A stretch of 64,000 bases of DNA from Hemiscyllium ocellatum. Its lineage: Eukaryota. The notes under the pieces were generated by a model. That model was not told where the DNA came from and made no database searches. It saw only the letters and a list, made by a program, of their open reading frames with translations. The stretch is from the NCBI RefSeq assembly GCF_020745735.1, contig NC_083449.1, forward strand, positions 8,592,923-8,656,922, written 5' to 3'. A program made the translations under genes and the position numbers. Shown in pieces: positions 1 through 13,881 of the stretch (its first letter is position 1; each line of letters starts with the position of its first letter).

Positions 1-830
1 CAGTTGGAAGAATTGAAAAAGGGAACTTATCATCTGACTAGGAGATAAAGTTCAAAATATCAGTGCAAAGGCTACAGCAGGTCACAAGGAAGATATTTAT
101 TGCAAAAGTAATTGAGTATGGAAGTAGGTAATTGTTCCTGCAATTGTACAAGTGATTGGGGTTTCCACATCTGGAATACTGCAGACAGTTTTGGTCCCTT
201 TACATAAGGAGGGATGTAGTTGAATTGGAGGGAGTTCAAAGGAGATCACTGAATTGATTGCCAAGATGAAAGTTTAGTCTTATGAGCAGAGACTGCTACA
301 ATTTTGATCTCTTTACTTGAGGACAGATGCAGTTTATACTGGAGGTAGTTCAGAGGAGATTCACTCAATCATTTCCAGAGATGAAGGGTTTGTCTTAGAT
401 GAGAGATTGAGCTGTTTCTCTGGAGTTTGTAAGAGAGGTGATCTAACTGAAGGTTATAAAATGGTAAAGGGGGTATTGATAAAGGAGATGGAGAGAGGAT
501 GTTTGCTCATGTGGGAGTATCTAGAACAAGAGGTTGTCATTTCAGGATAAGGGGCTGCGCAGACTGAAAACAGAGGTAAGGAGGAATGAATTCTCTTCAA
601 TGAGGAGAGGGTTGTAAATCTGTGGGATCACTCCTCCCAACCCCCTCACTCAGGACACTGCATTAATTGGAGGAGGAGACAGATAGATTGTTGATCAGTG
701 ATGGGTCAAAGGGAGTGTTTCCAGGAAAGTGGAGTTGAGGCTGAGATGGGATCAGCTGCGATCGTATGGAATAGTGGAGCAGGTTCCTGATGGGCCAAAT
801 GTACTCAACCTGATTCTAGTTATATTGTTA
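1..830 (+). mobile_element. Old CR1-clade LINE 3' fragment(s)
   Basis: Degenerate PHLEYC.QFW.P and RGDL.E.YK motifs of CR1 ORF2, followed by 3' UTR-like sequence. Confidence 0.7.
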
Positions 831-939
831 GTTTGTAGCAAAACCACTAGGAGGCAGAAAATTAAGTTTGATTGAACAAAATAGCTTTTAATTCGTGAAC
901 ATTGGAAAATAAAGGCAAAAGTGATTCAACACAAATTTG

Positions 940-1815
940 TTGAAGCATGTTTTGAAAGAAACGAAGAGACAATACAAAGTAGGGGGTCAAATTCTAAATG
1001 GGGTGCAAGAGCAGAAGGAGTTAGGGGCATATATCCACAGATCAGTGAAGGTGGCATAACACTGGAGAGAGCAGTTTATAAAACACACAGCATCCTCAGC
1101 TTTATTAATAGGGGCATTGAGCCAGAAAACAAGGAGGTGATTTTGAAGTTGTAAAAGACACTGGTGGACCTCAGCTGGAGTGTCAGAGGGAGAGAGTGAT
1201 AACTGGTAGGAAGTGGTTCAGCCTGAGGGTTACCATGCCTCACACAAGGGGAGGAGTGGAGGAGGACAGTCCTTCAAGGTAACGTCAGTCAGTGAGAGAT
1301 TCAAACCCATGCTGTCGATGTTGCTCCACATTCCAAACCAGCCATCCTGGAGACAGTGTGAAGGACATTTACGCGAATGATCACAACGATGAGGGATTTT
1401 AGATTCAGGGAAAGGTTCAAGAGATTGAGCTTATTCTCTTTCGAGCAGGAAGATGAATTGTTGACCTAATTGAGATGTTGAAAGTTTGAACGATTCTGAC
1501 GGGAAAGTAAGTTATTGTTTCCCACTCATTGGTCTATTAGTAACTGGCTGGTCAGAATTTCAAGATTGTCAGTGAGAAAGTGAGATGATGAGAAACTTAT
1601 TTAGGTTGTTGGATTTGGAATGTGCTGCTTGGGACAGCGGTGGAGGTGGATTGCATAGGAAGTTCGAAAAGAGAGCTGAATATAAATTTGAAAGGGATGA
1701 TGTTAGAGGGCTACGGCGATAGGGTTGGAGAATGGGACTGGCTGGGTAGCTTGTTCAGGAGCTGGTACAGACACGAATGGTCTCCTTCCGTACAGTAAAA
1801 TTTTATGATTCTATG
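940..1815 (+). mobile_element. Old CR1-clade LINE 3' fragment interrupted by a short repeat (~1185-1350)
   Basis: ILSFINRGIE motif and CR1-like 3' end with ATTCTATG tail. Confidence 0.65.
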
Positions 1816-2339
1816 AACGTACAAGTTCTGAGCTGCATTCCGGACAATTCCAGGAGGTCATTCCCTGGGACCTTGGCTCAGTAATCTCATTGCCAGGGAT
1901 TTTTGTACGCAAACCACAGCAAATTGTTGTCACGAGCAGGATTGGAACTTGGTTGGGTAATGATCTAGAAATATTTCATTTCAAGTGAGGCGATGGAAGA
2001 ATAAGCTGAGGGCGCGAGTGAGGACAGACCTGCAAGAAATTTCGAATACACAGATCAGGTCAAGTCGATCAAAAGGTGAATATCATTCTGTGTGCTGCTG
2101 ATCCTACACCATCACGTATTTGTCAGCGTTCATGCTGGTACTTATCTGATTGGGAAGATCCACAAAAATAAATCTTTTCCTGGAAGTGTTGGAGCGAAGT
2201 TTGGGTTGTTTCCTTTACAACAGAGAAGGTTGATGGGGGAGGAGGACATGACAGAGGTGTGTAAGATTGGTAGTGTTGTCGAGCAGAGCACCCGAGGGTT
2301 TCAGGACTATAATTCTTTAGAGTTTGTGTTACTGGTAGA

Positions 2340-2945
2340 CAGGGTATTTGAGAAGTGTTCAGAAGGCTCAGCCCATTGAGTGTTGGAGTTTGGACACCAT
2401 GTTGTGGTTGTACAGGACACTGGTGAAGCCTGTTCTGGTGTATTGTGTCCAGTTCTGGCTGTCCTTTTAGAGGAAGGACATTATTAAGGAGGAGAGGGTT
2501 CAGAAAAGATACACCAGGATGTTGTTGGGAATGGAGAATTTGAGTTATAAGGAGAGGCTGGATGGACTGGGACTATTTTCACTGGAGAGTAGAAGTTTGA
2601 GAGGGAAGGAGGTTTATGAAATCATGATGGGCATAGATGAGGTGAATGGCAGATATCTTTTCCTTAGGATGGGGGACTTCAAGACCAGGGACATATTTTT
2701 CAGTTTAGAAGAGAAACATTTTTTGATGGAGAGTGGTTCACATGTGGATTGAACATTCAGAGGAAGTGGCAGATACGGGGGCAGTTACAATATTTAAAAG
2801 ACATTTAGATTAGTACAAGAATAAGAAAGGTTGGAGAATAAGAAAGGGCCAAGTGCAAACAAGTTGGACTAGTTTAGTTTGAGATTATGGATGGTATGGA
2901 CTAGTTGGACTGAAGAGTCTGATTCCTTGCTGTGTGACTCTATGA
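2340..2945 (+). mobile_element. CR1/HER1-like LINE 3' fragment
   Basis: MLLGMENLSYKERLDGLGLFSLE; ends in a GACTCTATGA tail. Confidence 0.8.
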
Positions 2946-3149
2946 CCCTACAATCGTTTTAAAGTGAAGGGTAAGAGCTTTCGAGAATGATTTGAGGATT
3001 GTTTCACCCAGAGGATGGTGGGGATCCGAAATGTGTGAAAATAAAATATTTGGACTTTCAGTTTCTATTTGAAATCACTAATTGCTCCGGTGTGTGGAAA
3101 TGTCACTTTGTAACTGCAGGCAGTTCCATGATTTATTAATGTGGAATAT

Positions 3150-3780
3150 TCGTATAAAGGAGCAGGAGGAGGCCACGGAGGAGGCCCTTGAGCCTGTTCC
3201 ACCATGCAATGGCTGATCTGTGACTTGACTCCATAGACCTGCCTTTGACCCTTCTCCCCTTTAGTTTTCTGTTCAGCAAAGTTTTTATCTTTCAGATTTA
3301 AAATTAACAACTGATCCAGCAATGCCTGCTGTTTGTGGAAGAGAGTTCCAAACCTCCCCCTGCCTGTGTGCATATTAGTACTTCCTAACGTCTCTCCTGA
3401 ACAGTCTGGTCCTAATTGTCTGGCTGTGCCCTCCCGATTTCTAGGATTACCAAACAGTGGAAACACTTTCAATTTATCTACCCTGCCTTTTCCTGTTAAT
3501 ATCTTTGATCAAATCATCCCTGAACCATGTAAATTCTGGAGAGAACAGGCTTAATTTGTGTAATCTCTCCTCATAACTTAACCCCATGAAGACCAGGTAT
3601 CAATCTTGTAAACTCACGCTGTGCTCCCTCCCAGGCTAATCAATTCTTCCTCAGGTATGGTACCTAGACCTGCTCCAAGTGGGGTCTAACCAGGGTTTTG
3701 TATAACTGCAGCATCCCTTCTGCAATCCTGTACTCCAGTTTTCTTGATATAAAGGCCAGCATTCCATTAGCTTTCTTCAG
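3150..3780 (-). mobile_element. CR1-clade LINE 3' fragment
   Basis: Minus strand encodes remnants of the YKTLVRPHLE and KVFPL motifs. Confidence 0.65.
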
Positions 3781-4104
3781 GCACTGTGTGTCAGAAATAA
3801 AAAGAAACACAGAAATTGTTGGACAAACTCAGCAGGGACAGATTGTTTGCCACCAAGGGAATGACTGTTTACTGTTGAAGATAACTTTCCATCCAGTGTG
3901 TGTCTATCTCTAGCACATTGACTGCAGCAACTAGGGATGAGTTGGGCAATAAGTGCTGGGTCCAGTGGGTGATACCCATGTGCCATGAGTGAGTAATAAA
4001 AAATATGTAATTTACCCCAGGGCCTCCATCTTCCCTATGATCGCTTGTTCGAGGAGGGGAGGTGGCACTTTTGTAGTGAATGTTGATGCAAAATACCCAT
4101 TTGC

Positions 4105-4225
4105 ATCAGGAAGAAGGGCTTATGCCTGAAACGTCGATTCTCCTGCTCCTTGGATGCTGTCTGACCTGCCGTACTTTTCCAGCAACACATTTTTCAGCTC
4201 TGATCTCCAGTCCTCACTTTCTCCG
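4105..4225 (+). mobile_element. Short Penelope-derived repeat with degenerate hammerhead core
   Basis: GAAGA-AGGGCTTATGCCT-GAAACGTCGA followed by the family body GATGCTG.CTGACCTG...TTTTCCAGC. Confidence 0.7.
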
Positions 4226-4984
4226 AGGTTATTGAGTCACCTGGTTCATGAACTGCTTTGAAAAGGTTGATATATCGCCAACATCTTAGGTTTGTATTAC
4301 TGCGAGGTTGGGTCTGTGACCTTAATTGCTGCTCCGTGTTTAATTTTGAGGCATCATTTGCTGTTGGTTTAACATTCTGATCTCTAACCTTTCGGTTCAC
4401 TTTGCTTATTGTTTCTTGATTGTAGATGACTCTGAAATAGACAGCAGTTTGGTGTACTCAGTTTTCATCATCTCCAAATCAAGAAATGCTGGTACAGGAT
4501 ACAATGTATATACTTTTAACACATTTTTGGTTCAGAGAAATTGGAGATTTTCTCTATCATAATCCCCAAAAGCCCAGCCATTTCTAAACATCATTAGTGT
4601 TTCTTTTGCTTATAGGATGGAGTGAAGGTCTGCCCACACTTTTTGAATCTTTTTACATCATTTGAATTTATTAATAATCAATAGTTTTTGCAGTCATCTA
4701 AATCCGAGACATGTTCCATCTATGTCAACTAAATTAAGAACAGGGCAATGTGAATTGGAAGAGGGAATGTTACACTGATGGCTAAATACTTTTCATTTCA
4801 TCTTGTTTTGAGGGGATGCCTAAAATTTAGGGCCTGGGACATCAATCTGTTGATTGCCCCAGTACAACAGCTTATTGTTTGAGAATGGTCCCTCCTGGCC
4901 TTGGTCTTTGGGGCAAGGAGCCATTCACTTTGAATCTAGCATCATTCACATGAGGAGCATTGCCATTTCATTGTCCTGAGTGTT

Positions 4985-5860
4985 TCTTTGATGATACAAA
5001 GATAGGTGAAAGGACAGGTAGTGTTGAGGAAGGGGTAAGGCTGCAAAAGGATTTGGACAGGCCCGGAGAGTGGGCAATGAAATAACTGATGGAATACAAT
5101 GTGGGAAGTTGTGTACTGTAGTAGGAAGAATTGAGACAGAGATTGTTTCCTAAATGGGGAAAGGTTTCGGAAATCTTAAGCACAAAGGGACTTGGGAGTC
5201 CGAGCTCAGGATTCTCTTCAGGTTAACAGGCAGGTTCAATGGGCAGTTAGGAAGGCAAATATAATGTCAGCATTCATTTTAGGAGGTGTAGAATACAAGA
5301 GGAAGAATGTACTGCTGAGGCTGTATAAGGCTCTGGTCAGACCATGTTTGGAACATTGTGAGCAGTTTTGGACCCCCTATCTAAGGAAGAATATGCTGAA
5401 CTTGGAAGGAGTCCAGTGGGGGTTTACAAGAAAACTCCCAGGGATGAAGAACTTATCATATGAGGAGAGGTTGAGGTCCCTGAGTCTGGACTCAATAGAA
5501 TTTAGAAGGGTGAGGGAGAATCTGATTGAAACTTGGAGAATACTGAGAGGTGCGGACATGGGAGATGTTTCCACGAGTAGGAAAAACTAGGACCTGAAGG
5601 CACAGCCTCAGAGTGAAGGGAACTCTAGAACTGAGATGAGGAGGAATTTCTTCAGCCAGACAGTGGGGAATCTGCGGAACTCATTACTGCAGACGGCTGT
5701 CATTATGTCTTTAAGACAAAGATAGATAGGTTCTCGATCAGTAGGAGGATCAACTGTTACAGAGAGAAGGCAGGAGAATGGGATTAACAAACGTATCAGC
5801 CAAGACAGAATGGCGGAGCAGACTTGATGGGCCGAATGGCTGCTGTATCTTATGGTCTTG
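4985..5860 (+). mobile_element. CR1-clade LINE 3' fragment
   Basis: ORF 5192-5590 contains LRLYKALVRPCLEHCEQFWTPYLRK (CR1 ORF2 C-terminus). Confidence 0.85.
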
Positions 5861-5979
5861 GATATTATGTGACTAATAGCCTGTGATGCATCACACAGTT
5901 TAGGACCTCAGATACAGAGCTTTATGAACATGTGCTATGAGGCACCCACACTAAAAACTGCGCAGGCAGCTGGATGACC

Positions 5980-6990
5980 AATAGAACATATGGGCTAGGA
6001 GCCCTCAGGAGCCTACTTCCCCCATTTCATTTGGCTGTGACTACTCTCATCCCAGCCTCAACTCCAATTTCCTCCCCCTGCTCCCTTTAATCCCTCACTG
6101 ATTGAATAAATTGAAGGAAGGATAGAGAGATTGCCAGTGTCCTGACATGCCCCCTCACTCACTGGGGAATGAATTCCCAGATATTCTCACCCTCTCTGCC
6201 TTGGAGAGAAGCCATTTCTCAACATCTTTTTCAATCTGCCCCACTCCCTTCTCCTGAAACAATGACCCTCCCGTTCTAAATTGTCACATGTGAGGAAACA
6301 TTTTCTCTCTGTCTCCTTTGTCAATCTCACAGCCTTTAACACCTTACATCGCTCAGTTGGAACTCCCCTCATTCCTCTAAACTCCAGAGCATATTGGCCT
6401 TAACTGCGCAATCTCGCTTTTGAAGATAAATCCCTCATCTCTGAACATGAAATGTACAAAATCACTTTAGATGGTATCTTGGATGTAAAATACACATCTC
6501 GAAGTGAGTAAGTCATATTTTCTGAGAGGTTTTCAGCACAGAAAAAGGCCCATCAAGCCTGTACTAGCCAGAAACAACCACCTCATATTCTCTAATCCCA
6601 TTTCCCCAGTACTTGGCCCCATTGCCTTGGCGTCCCGAGTGCACATCTAAATCCTCCTTCAATGTGATGAGAGTTTCTGCGTCTCCCACCCTTACAGCCA
6701 GTGACTTCCAGATTCCCCACCATCCTCTAGGTGAACACGATTTTCCTCACATCCCCTCAGTCTCCTGGCCATTACCTTCAATCTATACCCCTTCCCCCAC
6801 CTCTGTCAAGGGGGGAATGTTTCTTCTTGCCTCCCTTATCTTCACCCCTCATTATTTTATACATCCCTTTCTTTCAATCCACTCTGTTGTAAGGACAACA
6901 TCCCCAGTTTGTCCAACCTCTCTCAATCATTGAAACTCTCCTGCCCCCAAGGCAATATGTTGGTAAGTCTCCCTGTGCATCCTCTCACAA
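5980..6990 (-). mobile_element. Two decayed CR1-clade 3' fragments
   Basis: Minus-strand CR1 3' UTR and ORF2-end similarity. Confidence 0.55.
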
Positions 6991-7009
6991 TTCATTTAGA
7001 TTCCATGAG

Positions 7010-10000
7010 ATAGTGAGATGAGTAACAGTCAGCGAATGCACCTTAACATGTGGCTGCAAGGCTGGTGCGGGAGGGAGGGCTTCAGATACCTAGACCATTG
7101 GGATACCTTCTGGGGAGAAGGTATGAGAGACGGGTTGCACCTGAACTGGAAGGCCACAAATGTCCTGGGTGGGAGATTTGCTCATGTGATTTGGGAGGGT
7201 TTAAACTAGTTTGGCATGGGGTGGGAATCAGAGCGTGGGAATCAGAGCCAATTGTCTGAGAGGGGGTCAGTTGCAGACAGGACAGTGACAGAATATATTG
7301 AATCTATCGGGAAGGTTTCTCATGCGATGAAACAAAGGAATCGGTTAAAGTGTGTCTTTAATGCAAGGAGTATCTGAAATAAGAGAACTTAGAGCATGGA
7401 TCAGTACTTGGAGACTATGATGTTATGGTCATAATGGAGACACGGGTTTCACAGGGGCAGGAATGGTTGCTTGATGTTCCAGGGCTTAGAACGTTTAAAA
7501 AGAACAAGGAGGGTGGAAAAATAGGAGGGGGTGTAGCATTGCTAATCAGAGTGCATCACAGCTACAGAATCAAAGGTTGTTGAGAAAGGTTTGTCTACTG
7601 AGTCAGTATGGGTGGAAGTTAGGAACAGCAAGGGAACAGCCACGGCATTGGGGGTATTCTACAGACCACCTAATAGCCATAGAGAGATTGAAGATCTACG
7701 AGGCGGGTAGATTCTGGAAAAATGCAAAAGTAGCAGGGTTGGTGTTATGGGTGATTTCAACTTTCCCAATATCGACTGGAACCTCCTAAGTGCAGATCGT
7801 TTGAATGGAGCCATTTTTGTCAGGTGTGTTCAGGAGGGTTTCCTTACTCAGTATGTAGACAGACTGAGGAGGGGAGAGGCCATTTTGGATTTGGTGCTCA
7901 GCAATGAGCCAGTACACGTGTCAGATCTTGCGGTGGGAGAGCACTTTGGTGAAAGTGATCACAACTGCCTCATATTTAGCATAGTTGAAAAGTGTGGCGC
8001 TGGAAAAGCGCAGCAGGCCAGGCAGCATCCTGGAGAATGGACATTTCGGGTATAAGCCCTTCTTCATGAAATGCCCAAAATGTCGATTCTCCTGCTCCTC
8101 AGATGCTGCCTGACCTGCTGCACTTTTCCAGCACCACACTTTTCAACTCTGGTCTCCAGCATCTGCAGAACTCACTTTCTCCTAGTTGACCATATTTAGC
8201 ATAGCCTTGGAAAATGAAAGGAGTATTTACCGAGGGAAGATATTTAACTGGGGAAAGGAAATTATGGCACTATCAGACAGGAATTGGGAAGAACAGACTG
8301 AGAGCAATTGTTGCACAGAAAGGGCACAGCAGACATGTGGATACTATTTAAAGAGCAGTTGTTGCAAGCGATGCACAAATTTGTTCCTCTGAGACAGGTA
8401 AGAAAAGGGTAAGATGAAGGAACCTTGGATGATGAGAACAGAGGAACTTCTTGTCAAAAGGAAGAAGACAGCTTATGTAAGGTGGAGGAAGCAAGGATCT
8501 AGCACAGCTTTAGAGGATTACAGGCTTGCTAGAAAGGAGCTCAAATGGACTGAGGAGAGCCAGGAGGGGCACAAAAAAGGCTTGGCAAGAAGGATTAGGG
8601 AGAATCTAAAGATATTTTACTCATACATGAAAGGAGCTGGGACACATGCTTGACCAGATCAAGATTGATAATGTTTTCCAAAGTTTCTAGCATATCAACT
8701 TCAAGATTGATAAGTCCCCAGGGCCAGACCAATTTACCCTAGGCTGCTCCAGGAAGCGAGAAAGGAGGTTGCTAAGCTACTGGCGAGGATATTTGCCTCC
8801 TCAGTCTCCATGGGAGTCGTACCGGAGGATTGGAAGGTTTTTCTTTTCAAGAAGTGTAATATGGAAATTCCTGGCAATTACAGACCAGTCATTCTTGCGT
8901 CTATGGTCAGCAAAGTTTTGGAAAGAATTCTGAGGGTTTGGATTTATGACTAGTTGACAAAGTATAGTGTGATTAAATGCAGTCAGCATGGTTTTGTGAG
9001 GGGCAAGTCATGCCTTGCAAATCTTATTGAGTTCTTTGAGGAGGTGTCAAGACCGGTCAACGATGGTCGAGCAGTGGATGTGGAGTATATGGACTTCAGC
9101 AAGGCATTTGATAGGTTTCCCCATGGTAGGTTCATTCATAAAGTCAGGAAGTATGGGATACAGGGAGATTTGGCTATCTGGATTCAGAATTGGCTGGCTG
9201 ACAGAAGGCAGAGAGTGGTTGTAGATGGAAAGTATTTTGCCTGGAGATTAGTGTTGAGTGGGGTCCCTCAGGGCTCTGTTCTTGGGCCTCTGCTCTTTGT
9301 AGTTTTTATAAATGACTTGGATGAGGAGGTTGAGGGGTGGATAAGTAAATTTGCAGATGACACAAAGGTTGGAGGTGTCATCAATGGTTATAGAGGGCTA
9401 CTGTAGGCTGCAGCGTGACAGGATGCAGAGCTGGGCTGAGAAATGGCAGATGGAGTTCAACCTGGATAAATGCAAAGTGATGCATTTTGGAAGGTCGAAC
9501 TCGAATGCTGAATATAGGATTAAAGACAGGATTATTGGCAGTGTGGAGGGTTATTAAGAAAGCATATGGTGTTTTGGCTTTCATTAACAGGGGGATCGAG
9601 TTTAAGCACTGCGAGGTTTTGCTGCAGCTCTTCAAGTCCCTGGTGAGACCACATTTGGAATATTGTGTCCAGTTCTGGTTGCTTTACTATAGTAAGACAG
9701 AGGCTTCGGAGAGAGTGCAAAGAAGTTTCACCAGGATGCTGTCTGGACTGGAGGGCTTGACTTATGAAGAAAGGTTGAACTTTTCTCTCTGGAGTGAAGA
9801 AGAAAGACAGGAGAACTGATGGAGGTGCACAAAATAATGAGAGGAATAGATAGAGTCAATAGCTGGAGACTTTTTCCCAGGGCAGATTGACTGGTATGAG
9901 AAGTCATAGCTTGAAGATATTAGGAGGAAGGTATAAACGCGCCATCAGAGGTAGGTTCTTTATGCAGAGAGTTGTGAATGCATGGAACGCATTGCCAGCT

Positions 10001-10176
10001 GTGGTGGTGGAAGCAGAGTCACTGGGGACATTTAAGCGACTGCTGGACATGCACACGGATAGCAGTGAGTTGAAGGGTGCATAAGTTAAGTTACTATATT
10101 TTACATTAGGATTAAATCTCGACACAACATCGTGGGCCAAAGGGCCTGTTCTGTGCTGTACTTTTCTCTGTTCTAT
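7010..10176 (+). mobile_element. Long decayed CR1/HER1-like LINE (end of esterase-like ORF1, APE endonuclease, RT)
   Basis: WCGREGFRYLDHW..DGLHLN (ORF1); MGDFNFPNIDW..SDHN (endonuclease); [30 protein letters not shown] (RT); many frameshifts. Confidence 0.93.
7985..8190. mobile_element. Palindromic short Penelope-derived element with 14-bp TSD
   Basis: TSD CATATTTAGCATAG at 7971-7984 and 8191-8204; inverted arms; minus-strand TGAAGA-AGGGCTTATACCC-GAAATGTC. Confidence 0.85.
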
Positions 10177-10338
10177 ACGTACCGTTGGTAAAATGCCTTC
10201 ACTTTCATTTACAGATCACACATGGTGCAGCAGGAAAGAAACACATAAGTTATGTTGCAGTGAAAAAGACAGCAGTTAATTTTTAATCAGCAAAGTTATG
10301 TTTTTAGCAGGTGGTTAATGTAAGTTCACCATTACCTC

Positions 10339-10339
<1 letters not shown>

Positions 10340-10382
<43 letters not shown>
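10340..10382 (+). repeat. (GA)n microsatellite
   Basis: Pure GA run. Confidence 0.98.
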
Positions 10383-10390
<8 letters not shown>

Positions 10391-10577
10391 AAAAGCAACA
10401 ACTGTTTATGGTTTAACCTGAGGGTCACCACATCTAAAGCACAGGGAATCATCATTCACAGCAATCTCCACCAGAGTAGCAATTGAACTGCATGCTGTCA
10501 GCGTGACTATACATTGTAAGCCAACTATAGAATCAACTGAGCTAACCAACCCCTGCATGGCCAGTGGTAAAATCATT

Positions 10578-11055
10578 GGGTGGCACAGTGGCTCAGTGGT
10601 TAGCATTGCTGCCTCACAGCGCTAGGGACCCAGGAACAATTCCAGCCTCGGGTGACTGTCTAGTGGGAGTTTGCACATTCTCCCTTTCTCTGCGTGGGTT
10701 TTCTCCGGGTGCTCCGGTTTCCTCCCACAGTCCAAAGATGTGCAGTTTAAAATGATTGGCCATGCTACTTTGCCCACAGTGTGAGTGTTATGCAGGCTAG
10801 GAGGATTAGCCATGGTAAATACAGGGTTACAGGGATTAGAGAGGGTGGTGGGTCAGAGTGGGATGTTATTCAGAGGGTCAGTATATGGACCCAATTGTCT
10901 GAAATGCCGAGCTTCCATGTTGTAGGATTCTGTGATGTACAGGTTAGGGGGATTGGTCATGGTTAATGTAGGGTTGGGGTCTAGGTGGGATCCTCTTCAC
11001 TGGCTTGGGACAGACTGGATGGGCTGAATGCTTTCTTTGCACACTACATGGATTC
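10578..11055 (+). mobile_element. HE1-like tRNA-derived SINE with a duplicated 3' part
   Basis: GGTGGCACAGTGGCTCAGTGGTTAGCATTGCTGCCTCACAGC head and CCGGTTTCCTCCCACAGTCCAAAGATGTGCAG core. Confidence 0.85.
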
Positions 11056-12744
11056 TGGGGACATCAATATTTAACTAAATGGTGTGGGGCAATTTATTCT
11101 GATCTCAATTTTGAAGAGATTCACTTGCACTTTCTGAAATAATGGAGAAGCAAAATCCTATGTTTCAGCTCCTCAGGGTATGCCCTGCAGATGTGAATTT
11201 GAATCTTGCTGTGGCAGGTGTTGGATTTGGAATTTGATTTTAAACAAAACAGATCCGGAGTTAAGACTCTAATGATGACTGTTGTCAGGAACAAACAACC
11301 ATCTGTTTCAAAATTGAAGACTGAGGTGAGGAGGAATTTCTTCTGAGGTTGAGAGTCTTTGGAATTCCTTGCAACAGAGAGCTGTGTGTGGGGACAGGGA
11401 ATAGGTTTAAGGCTGGGATAGATAGGTTCTTGATCAGTCAGGGAATTGAGAGTTACATGTTAAGTTCAGGAAAGTGAGCGTGATGAATCGGGCATTAGCC
11501 ATAATGTGCTTGAATAGCTGAGCAGGCTTGAGGGGCCAAATGGCCTTCTCCTGTTCCTGTCTGTGCTTGTCCTTAAGGGAATGAAATCTGCCGTCCTTAC
11601 CCCTCTGCTCTGCATGTGATTCCTAACTCTTTGCAAACTCTTCACTGCCTTCTGGCTGAGCAAGTCGGTTGGTTCAAGGACATTTCGGAATTGCATCCAC
11701 TTCCCACCTTGGCAGAGATGACCACGTCCTGTTCAGAGTACAGAGAAATAACATTTGTCAGGGTCAGTTTTAGGCTTGTTCCAGTCATGTGCTTTGCCAA
11801 GAGATACTGGTCTGTATAATGACCCAGATATTCACAGCTCCTCTTGTACACTGTTTGTATTTCAGGCAAAGTTTGTTCTTCTCATCCGTTTTCATAGTCA
11901 TGCAGCACGGAAATAGGCCCTGCAGTTCAACTCGCCCATGCAGACCAGGATTCCCAAACTTAACTAGTCCCATTTGTCTACATTTGGCCCATATCTCTAA
12001 ACCTTCCTTATCCATGTACCTTTCCTAGTTACATACCTACACATTAATCATTCTGTGGAAGGCTTTGATGCAGATTTTGTATTTGGAATTCATATTATTT
12101 GATTGCTGTGTCAGTGTATGTGACAAAAGATTAATTGTCCTTCACAGTTACTGATAACTGAAATATATCCTTCAATTCAATTTGTACTCAATATCTACTT
12201 TACAGATAGTTGTTCAAAGTAATCACATTAGCTATTTGTTCACCTTGATTATAACATTAACATTATCGTTACTAAATGCAGACAATATAGATTGGTGGAC
12301 TTGCGGGTAGCGTAGAAGTTTGTCAAAGAATACAGTAGGATGTAGATCACTTACAGATATGGGTGGAGAAATGAGTTTAATCTGGCAAGGTGTAAGATGC
12401 TGGACTTTGGGAAATCAAATGTTAAGGAAAGGTATACAGTTAATGGCTGGACTCAACAGCATTGATGTACAGAAGGATCAAGTCTATAGCTCCCTGAAAC
12501 TGGCCATGCAAGTAGATAGGGTGGTATCAAGAGGGCGGCATATGGCGTGCCTGCCTTATTGCTTGATGTTACTTGGGCCATACTTAGAGTATTGTGACAA
12601 AAGATTAATTCTGTCCTTCTCAGTTACTGATAGCTGAAATGTTTCTTTCAATGTGCTCACTACCTACCTCACATATGGTTGTTCAAACCAACAGCATCGT
12701 CTATTTGTTCACCTCGATTGTAACGTTAAAAGTATCCTTACTAA

Positions 12745-13380
12745 AGTTCAGAACCTGTGAGGACAACCTCCAGAGGAGACGTTGGGTTCCTGGCACACTA
12801 CACTCTCTCTCTCACTCACACACACACACACACACACTCATGCAGACCCTCTCTCATTCACATGTTTTCCGTCATACGTACATGCACCCAACATGCACAC
12901 ACCCTCTCACAGGCTTATATTCTACCACAATCATACACACACTTTACCAAGCATACATACACACATTCGCATGTCTACTCACTCAAATTCTCTCTCCCCA
13001 CATCTCTCTCTCTCAAGTGAACACACACGCAATGAATTTGCATTTGCAGAAATATGTTTGCAGATCTATTCAAAAAGAGCACAATCTACAGGCAGTCAAT
13101 CCATGTAATATTTTATAAATTCCAACTTTGGCAATAGAACCAGTCTGACTCAAGATTGGGATACAGACAGACTCTAACCTCACACTTTTAATACATTGTC
13201 TGAGCTGAAATTTTAAAATGAAAGCTGAAGTCAGCTTATGAATGTGATTTAAAAGAAGTTCTGGGATGTATGTATTAATGAACTGAAACCTGCAACCCAT
13301 TCTAAAAGATGAAACACTGAACAGCAATCGAGGTTTCTTCAAAATATCATTTCAGTTGCATGACACTATAATCTTGTCAA
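12745..13380 (+). mobile_element. Penelope-like element 3' remnant with CA-rich tract
   Basis: EDNL..RDVGFLAH resembles the PLE ORF C-terminus, followed by (CT)n(CA)n. Confidence 0.5.
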
Positions 13381-13405
13381 TCCGAGCACTCATTTCATTG
13401 TACTA

Positions 13406-13632
13406 TTTCTCTCCCTGTATTCTCTGTTTAGTGTACTGTTTCTCTATCTGAACTCAAAGTTCAGTGTGTTGTTTCTATATCTGTACTCTCAGTTCAGTGT
13501 GTTTTTTCTCTCTCTGTACCCTCAATTCATTGTGTTGTTTCTTTCTATGTACTGTCAGCTCAATGTGATATTTCTCTATTTGTACATAGTTCAATGTGCT
13601 CATCCTCTATCTGAATTCTTGGTGCAGTGTGC
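13406..13632 (+). repeat. 33-bp degenerate minisatellite, about 7 units
   Basis: Unit approximately TTTCTCTATCTGTACTCTCAGTTCAGTGTGTTG. Confidence 0.8.
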
Positions 13633-13881
13633 AGTGCTCTGAAAAATAGTACTTCCAAATGAACCTGCTGGACTATAATCTGGTGTTGCGTGATTTTTCA
13701 GTTGTGGTCAGCACATTACAGGAAGGACGTGGAGTATTTAGAGAGGGTGCAGAAGGGGTTTGCCAGAATGCTGTCTAGTGGGTATGAGCTATAAACAGAT
13801 GCTAGAAAAACCCAAATAGTTTTCTTCTGAGCAGCAGAGACTGAAGGCAGACTTAACAGAAGTCTGTAAAATTTAAAGAGT

